NCBI GenBank assembly: GCA_964529025.1
Contig: CAZGUZ010000001.1
Coordinates: 6,163 to 70,162 of the forward strand
Reading direction: 5' to 3'
Length of the DNA stretch: 64,000 nucleotides
From: an uncultured Candidatus Saccharibacteria bacterium
GTDB lineage: Bacteria > Patescibacteriota > Minisyncoccia > Phycocordibacterales > PALSA-1337
In this document: in pieces, positions 59,636 to 64,000 of the stretch
How positions within the stretch are numbered: position 1 is the first letter of the stretch
Layout of the letters: each line of letters begins with the position of its first letter
Program-made: the position numbers and the translations under genes
The notes under the pieces: model-generated
Told to the model about the DNA's origin: nothing
Databases searched by the model: none
Seen by the model: only the letters and a program-made list of their open reading frames with translations

Positions 59636-60361
59636 TTAGAATTGCTCAACAAAACGCATATCACCATTATATAGGTTGCGAATATCATCGATACCGTACT
59701 TAAGCATAATGAGTCGATCAAGACCAAAAGCGAAAGCAAAGCCTCGCCACTCTTCTGGATTAAGTCCTACAGCAGATAAAACATTTGGGTGTACCATGCC
59801 GGCACCTGCAACTTCGAGCCATTTATCTTTCCACTTCATATCAACTTCAACACCTGGCTCTACGAAAGGAAAGTAGCTTGGGCGAAAACGAATAACGACA
59901 TCATTACCAAAGAGCTTTTTAAAAGCATGTTCAAGTGTACCCTTAAGTTCTGCAAGGTTGGTAGTTTTATTTACAAGCAGAGCTTCTACCTGATGGAATT
60001 GCACTTCATGAGTTGCGTCAGTAGCTTCGTTACGATACACCTTTCCTGGAGCAATAATTTTATATGGAGGCTGTATGCCCTTTTTGAGCATTTCTTCCAT
60101 ATAGCGAATTTGGATTGCTGAAGTTTGAGTGGTGAGCAATTGTCTCTGGCGAGGATCAGTTACAGGCTTTGGTGTTTTAATCCAAAATGTATCTTGCATA
60201 TCACGCGATGGGTGATCTTTAGGAATATTGAGGGCATCAAAGTTATAGTATTCAACCTCAAGTTCGGGCCCCGTAGCAATATTAAAACCCAATTCATTAA
60301 AAATAGTAGCTACCTCACGAATGAGTTGTGTTGCTGGGTGAATATGTCCGCGTTGATTCAT
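59636..60361 (-). CDS. pheS: Phenylalanine--tRNA ligase alpha subunit (N-terminally truncated)
   Basis: NFDALNIPKDHPSRDMQDTF, FRPSYFPFVEP, GAGMVHPNV, FAFAFGLDRL. Confidence 0.96.
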   Translation of the reverse strand: MNQRGHIHPATQLIREVATIFNELGFNIATGPELEVEYYNFDALNIPKDHPSRDMQDTFWIKTPKPVTDPRQRQLLTTQTSAIQIRYMEEMLKKGIQPPYKIIAPGKVYRNEATDATHEVQFHQVEALLVNKTTNLAELKGTLEHAFKKLFGNDVVIRFRPSYFPFVEPGVEVDMKWKDKWLEVAGAGMVHPNVLSAVGLNPEEWRGFAFAFGLDRLIMLKYGIDDIRNLYNGDMRFVEQF

Positions 60362-60386
60362 AAATAGAGCTACATATTTTAAACTG

Positions 60387-60459
60387 AGCCACCTCCCGGG
60401 CTTGAACCGGGGACCTACTGTTTACAAAACAGTTGCTCTACCAACTGAGCTAAGGTGGC
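60387..60459 (-). tRNA. tRNA-Thr (TGT), CCA not encoded
   Basis: GCCACCTTAGCTCAGTTGGTAGAGCAACTGTTTTGTAAACAGTAGGTCCCCGGTTCAAGCCCGGGAGGTGGCT. Confidence 0.97.
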
Positions 60460-60490
60460 AATCAACACAAGCCATATTACACTATTTCTT

Positions 60491-60880
60491 TTATTTCATC
60501 AATCTATCTTCGCCGATCTTCTTAAGATATATTGATGCACCCCCTCGCTTAATTGGAGTCTTGCCTGCAACCATATCAAGTATCTTTTTTGACTGTGGGT
60601 GAGCCTGAGCGTACTTAAGAGTGGCTTCGTAGATAGAAAGGAGTATATTTCGAATAAAACGAGCGCCGAGTATTGTTATAGAAAATACAGAATCTCTATT
60701 TACACTGCGAATCCACGCATCAATTGCAGAAAACCAACCATGAACAATATGGTTGGTTTTCTCGCTCACTAAAGCTAATATACTGTTTCGCCCAGTTTTA
60801 ACTTCATACGACTTAATACCGAGCATACAAAGAATGCCTACCAAAGAAACTGCAAATGCAATTGTTGGTACAGTTATCAT
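60491..60880 (-). CDS. Hypothetical membrane protein
   Basis: N-terminal TM helix; start overlaps the tsf stop (TAATG). Confidence 0.75.
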   Translation of the reverse strand: MITVPTIAFAVSLVGILCMLGIKSYEVKTGRNSILALVSEKTNHIVHGWFSAIDAWIRSVNRDSVFSITILGARFIRNILLSIYEATLKYAQAHPQSKKILDMVAGKTPIKRGGASIYLKKIGEDRLMK

Positions 60881-61467
60881 TACTGTTGAAGCACACCGTA
60901 GCGAACAAATCGAGCAATTTCGATTTTCTCACCAAACTTTTGCATAGCTGCATCAATAAGAGCTTGGATTGTTAAATCTTGATTCTTAATGAAAAGCTGA
61001 TTCAAAAGTACCATTTCGCCGAAATATGTAGCGAGCTTTCCTTCGAGGATTTTTGCTCGCATAGCTTCTGGCTTATCTTTTACTTCTTCAGCAAATACTT
61101 CTTGTGCTTTTGCTGTTACTTCGGGAGTAATTTCTGAAGACTTAAGGAACTTAGGATTAGCAGCGGTTACATGCATAGCAATGTCGCGCGCAAGAGCCTT
61201 AAATTCATCGTTACCAGATACGAAGTCAGTTTCGCATACAAGTTCAACCATAGCGGCTACAGAACCGTTTGCATGAACATATGACTGAATTGTGCCAGCG
61301 CCGAATGTTCGGTCACCTTTCTTTGCAGCAATTTCACCACTCTTCTTTCGAAGAATAATAAGAGCCTTTTCAAGGTCACCCTGAGCTTCTTCAAGAGCTT
61401 TCTTACACTGCATTACTGAAACTCCTGTTCTGTCTCGTAACTCCTTAATAAGTTCTGTAGTTATCAT
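60880..61467 (-). CDS. tsf: Elongation factor Ts (short form)
   Basis: IKELRDRTG..M.CKKAL, CETDFV, IAMHV.A. Confidence 0.97.
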   Translation of the reverse strand: MITTELIKELRDRTGVSVMQCKKALEEAQGDLEKALIILRKKSGEIAAKKGDRTFGAGTIQSYVHANGSVAAMVELVCETDFVSGNDEFKALARDIAMHVTAANPKFLKSSEITPEVTAKAQEVFAEEVKDKPEAMRAKILEGKLATYFGEMVLLNQLFIKNQDLTIQALIDAAMQKFGEKIEIARFVRYGVLQQ

Positions 61468-61533
61468 AGTTCTAAATGAGAATTAAGCTAATATGTAAAT
61501 TATACACCATGCAGAAAAAAGCACTAGGATAAT

Positions 61534-62235
61534 TTAGGCCTTCTTTCCTTCTGCGTATGCTCGCACAATTTCATTCACAAAGAATTCAATACTTGCTCGT
61601 GAAGCATCGTTTCCTACGATAGGAACTTCAACACCTGTAAAGTCACAGTCTGAACCGAGAAGAGCGATAACTGGAATACCCTTGTCTTGTGCTTCTTTAA
61701 CTGCAATAGATTCTTTCTTTGGATCGATAACAAAGAGAGCCTTTGGCATGTCTTTCATAGCGATAAGACCTGAGAACATGATTTCGAGGTTAGAAATTTC
61801 GCGATCAATAAGAAGACGCTCTTTCTTTGTGTATTTAGCAAGTTCTCCCTTTTCGCGCTCAAGAGTGAGTCTTTCGAGTTTTTCTACTCGCTTGCGAACT
61901 TCAGGGAAGTTAGTAAGAGAACCACCGATCCAGCGACCATCTACAAATGGCATAGCGAGAGAGATGCCTGCCTTTCGAATAGCAGCTCGAGCTTCTGGCT
62001 TACCTCCAACGAAAAGAATCATCTTTCCATCTTTAGCAAGATTGCGAACAAAAGCCTTGGCTTTTTCGAGTAATTGCTCTGTTTTTTCAAGGTCAAAAAT
62101 TTCAACCTTATTCTTAGCACCGAAAATAAATGGTAATACTGTTGGATGTCGGCGTGATCGTGCAAAAGCAAAATGAGCGCCAACCTTGAACATGTTCTCG
62201 ATAACTGCTGGATTTGTAGTTTGTTTTTCTGACAT
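61534..62235 (-). CDS. rpsB: 30S ribosomal protein S2
   Basis: GAHF, RWIGG.LTNF, IVGND; located upstream of tsf. Confidence 0.97.
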   Translation of the reverse strand: MSEKQTTNPAVIENMFKVGAHFAFARSRRHPTVLPFIFGAKNKVEIFDLEKTEQLLEKAKAFVRNLAKDGKMILFVGGKPEARAAIRKAGISLAMPFVDGRWIGGSLTNFPEVRKRVEKLERLTLEREKGELAKYTKKERLLIDREISNLEIMFSGLIAMKDMPKALFVIDPKKESIAVKEAQDKGIPVIALLGSDCDFTGVEVPIVGNDASRASIEFFVNEIVRAYAEGKKA

Positions 62236-62289
62236 ACGTATATATTGGTCTCTGTATCCTAGCAAATGAGCCGTATTTTTGCAACCCTT

Positions 62290-63288
62290 TTAGGCATCAT
62301 CCCCATCATCGATACCCGAAGTATCGTGAGCAATCTCTGCCCCGCTCTTTTTAAACTCTTCAATAGCCTCAATTAATGGCTCCATTTCGCCCCCGAGTAT
62401 TGTTTCTATATTGTGCCATGAATGCTTGATTCTGTGATCCGTAATACGGTCTTGGAGTATGTTGTATGTACGAATCTTTTCAGAACGGTCACCTGTACCA
62501 ATCTGACTACGCTTATCTGCACTCCATTTTTTAGCCTCTTCTTCGATTTTAAGAGCTTCGAGCTTTGCCATAAGAACCTGCATAGCACGTTCGCGGTTTG
62601 CAGCTTGTGAACGCTCTGCTGTAGCGCGGACATCAATACCTGTAGGAATATGTAAAAGTCGCACAGCGGTTTCCACCTTGTTAACGTTCTGACCACCCTT
62701 TCCTCCGGCTCGAGAAAACTCCATTTGAATATCGCTCGGGTTTATCTCAAACTTAACCTTTTTACGAATTGGTAGCATTGCAACTGAGACTGTTGAGGTA
62801 TGTACTCTACCAGCCTTTTCGGTAGCTGGAATACGCTGTACGCGATGCACACCAGTTTCATACTTGTAAGCCTCATATACACCCTTACCCTTAACGATAA
62901 GCTGCACTTCTTTATAACCACCTGCAGAACCACGAGATTCTTCAGTAACTAATGTACCCCAACCTTTTGACTCAGCGTAACGCTTATACATTGTCATAAG
63001 CTCCTCCACAAAGAGTGCCGCTTCATCGCCACCTGCTCCAGCACGGATTTCAAGAATAAGTTCAGTTGGATATTCCTCTTCTTCTTTATCTGCATTAAGA
63101 ATTGCAGTTATCTGTTGTTCTATGCCTTTCTTTTGAGTTTGAATTGATGTAAGTTCGTCTTTTGCTAAATCAGCCATACTTGGATCCTGGGACATAGAAA
63201 GAACGTCACGCTCTGATGTTAAAAGCGCTTCGTACATTTCTGCTAAATAAGCAGTTTTATGATTCTTTTTTATTTCGTCGAGGTTCAT
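62290..63288 (-). CDS. prfA: Peptide chain release factor 1
   Basis: [21 protein letters not shown] (PxT), [16 protein letters not shown]. Confidence 0.95.
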   Translation of the reverse strand: MNLDEIKKNHKTAYLAEMYEALLTSERDVLSMSQDPSMADLAKDELTSIQTQKKGIEQQITAILNADKEEEEYPTELILEIRAGAGGDEAALFVEELMTMYKRYAESKGWGTLVTEESRGSAGGYKEVQLIVKGKGVYEAYKYETGVHRVQRIPATEKAGRVHTSTVSVAMLPIRKKVKFEINPSDIQMEFSRAGGKGGQNVNKVETAVRLLHIPTGIDVRATAERSQAANRERAMQVLMAKLEALKIEEEAKKWSADKRSQIGTGDRSEKIRTYNILQDRITDHRIKHSWHNIETILGGEMEPLIEAIEEFKKSGAEIAHDTSGIDDGDDA

Positions 63289-63330
63289 GAGTGAGGCCCC
63301 GGCAAAAAAGATAGATGAACGCGTGGTTCT

Positions 63331-63582
63331 TTATTTCTTCTTTGACTGGCGAGAACGGAACTTTTCTACACGTCCTGCTGTATCCATCACCTTTTCCTGG
63401 TTTGTATAGAATGGGTGTGATGCACTTGTGATTTCGAGTCGGTAGAGTGGGTATTCTTTACCATCTGTCCATGAGCCCTTTTCTGATGTTTTGATTGTAG
63501 AAGGAATAAGAAACTGAGCTCCGTTTGAGTTATCCACGAAGATCACTGGGCGGTATTCCTTTGGATGAATATCTTGCTTCAT
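63331..63582 (-). CDS. rpmE: 50S ribosomal protein L31 type B
   Basis: MKQDIHP, EITSASHPFYT, DTAGRVEKF; no Cys. Confidence 0.95.
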   Translation of the reverse strand: MKQDIHPKEYRPVIFVDNSNGAQFLIPSTIKTSEKGSWTDGKEYPLYRLEITSASHPFYTNQEKVMDTAGRVEKFRSRQSKKK

Positions 63583-63635
63583 GCGAGAGACTATATCAGA
63601 TACTGAATATAAATGCAATATACCACGCAATAGTC

Positions 63636-63998
63636 TTAGAATCCTTCAAGAGGATTAATCATGGTTAACTGAATATTTGCAGCTTTTATCATAACCTGAT
63701 CACCGTACGTTGTATTGATATTACCTACCGTACAAGCGCGGCCAGAATAATAACGGCAGGCAGCATTTCGTTCACCGGTATAGCTACCACCCTTAGCCCC
63801 AAGGTCTGAAAGATACATAGCCGAAGCCATAAATGCATGTCGCGGCTCCCAAGGGTTTGGTGCCTGTATACCAAGCGATGTTTTAAGGCGTGCTTCAAAT
63901 AATTTCCATGTAGAAGCAATAAATTGTGCAGGCCCCATAGCACCACCCCAACCAATTGATTGCGGGCAAGATACGAGAGTCTTAAATGGATCAAGTCC
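63636..63998 (-). CDS. C-terminus of a lytic murein transglycosylase-like protein (runs off the window)
   Basis: VSCP..IGWGGAMGPAQFIASTW, NPW....FMASAMYL, AACRYY. Confidence 0.75.
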   Translation of the reverse strand, partial: GLDPFKTLVSCPQSIGWGGAMGPAQFIASTWKLFEARLKTSLGIQAPNPWEPRHAFMASAMYLSDLGAKGGSYTGERNAACRYYSGRACTVGNINTTYGDQVMIKAANIQLTMINPLEGF

Positions 63999-64000
63999 TA

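Overview
This 64-kb window looks like a stretch of a reduced bacterial chromosome of Patescibacteria/CPR (Parcubacteria-like) type. That assignment is inferred from the compact rpoB/rpoC, N-terminally truncated PheS/ThrS, XRE-HTH-MurA and NusB-Nudix fusions, short Smc, CCA-less tRNA genes and many apparently leaderless genes; the standard genetic code is used. Most of it is core information-processing genes: rpoB, rpoC, dnaG, rpoD, trmD, rpsP, rnr, smc, rnc, nusB, rpmF, rnhB, dnaE, thrS, gyrB, pheST, tsf, rpsB, prfA and rpmE. There is also a umuD/dinB-like pair, a minimal type IV pilus/ComG-like cluster, tRNA-Asn and tRNA-Thr. The most notable observations are: (i) about seven solitary, compositionally distinct promoter-ORF-terminator cassettes dropped between core genes, several encoding highly diverged copies of housekeeping folds (sigma-70, adenylate kinase, Nudix); (ii) a duplicated tRNA-Asn 3' end with a ~150-bp structured insert and a probable recombinase remnant; (iii) a Y-shaped inverted-repeat element between rnr and smc that shares a hairpin motif with that insert; (iv) a compact, atypical T-box upstream of thrS; (v) a Com zinc-ribbon-PAS fusion, a hinge-less Smc and a His-rich tandem-repeat fibre protein. 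All calls come from reading the sequence; no database search was run.
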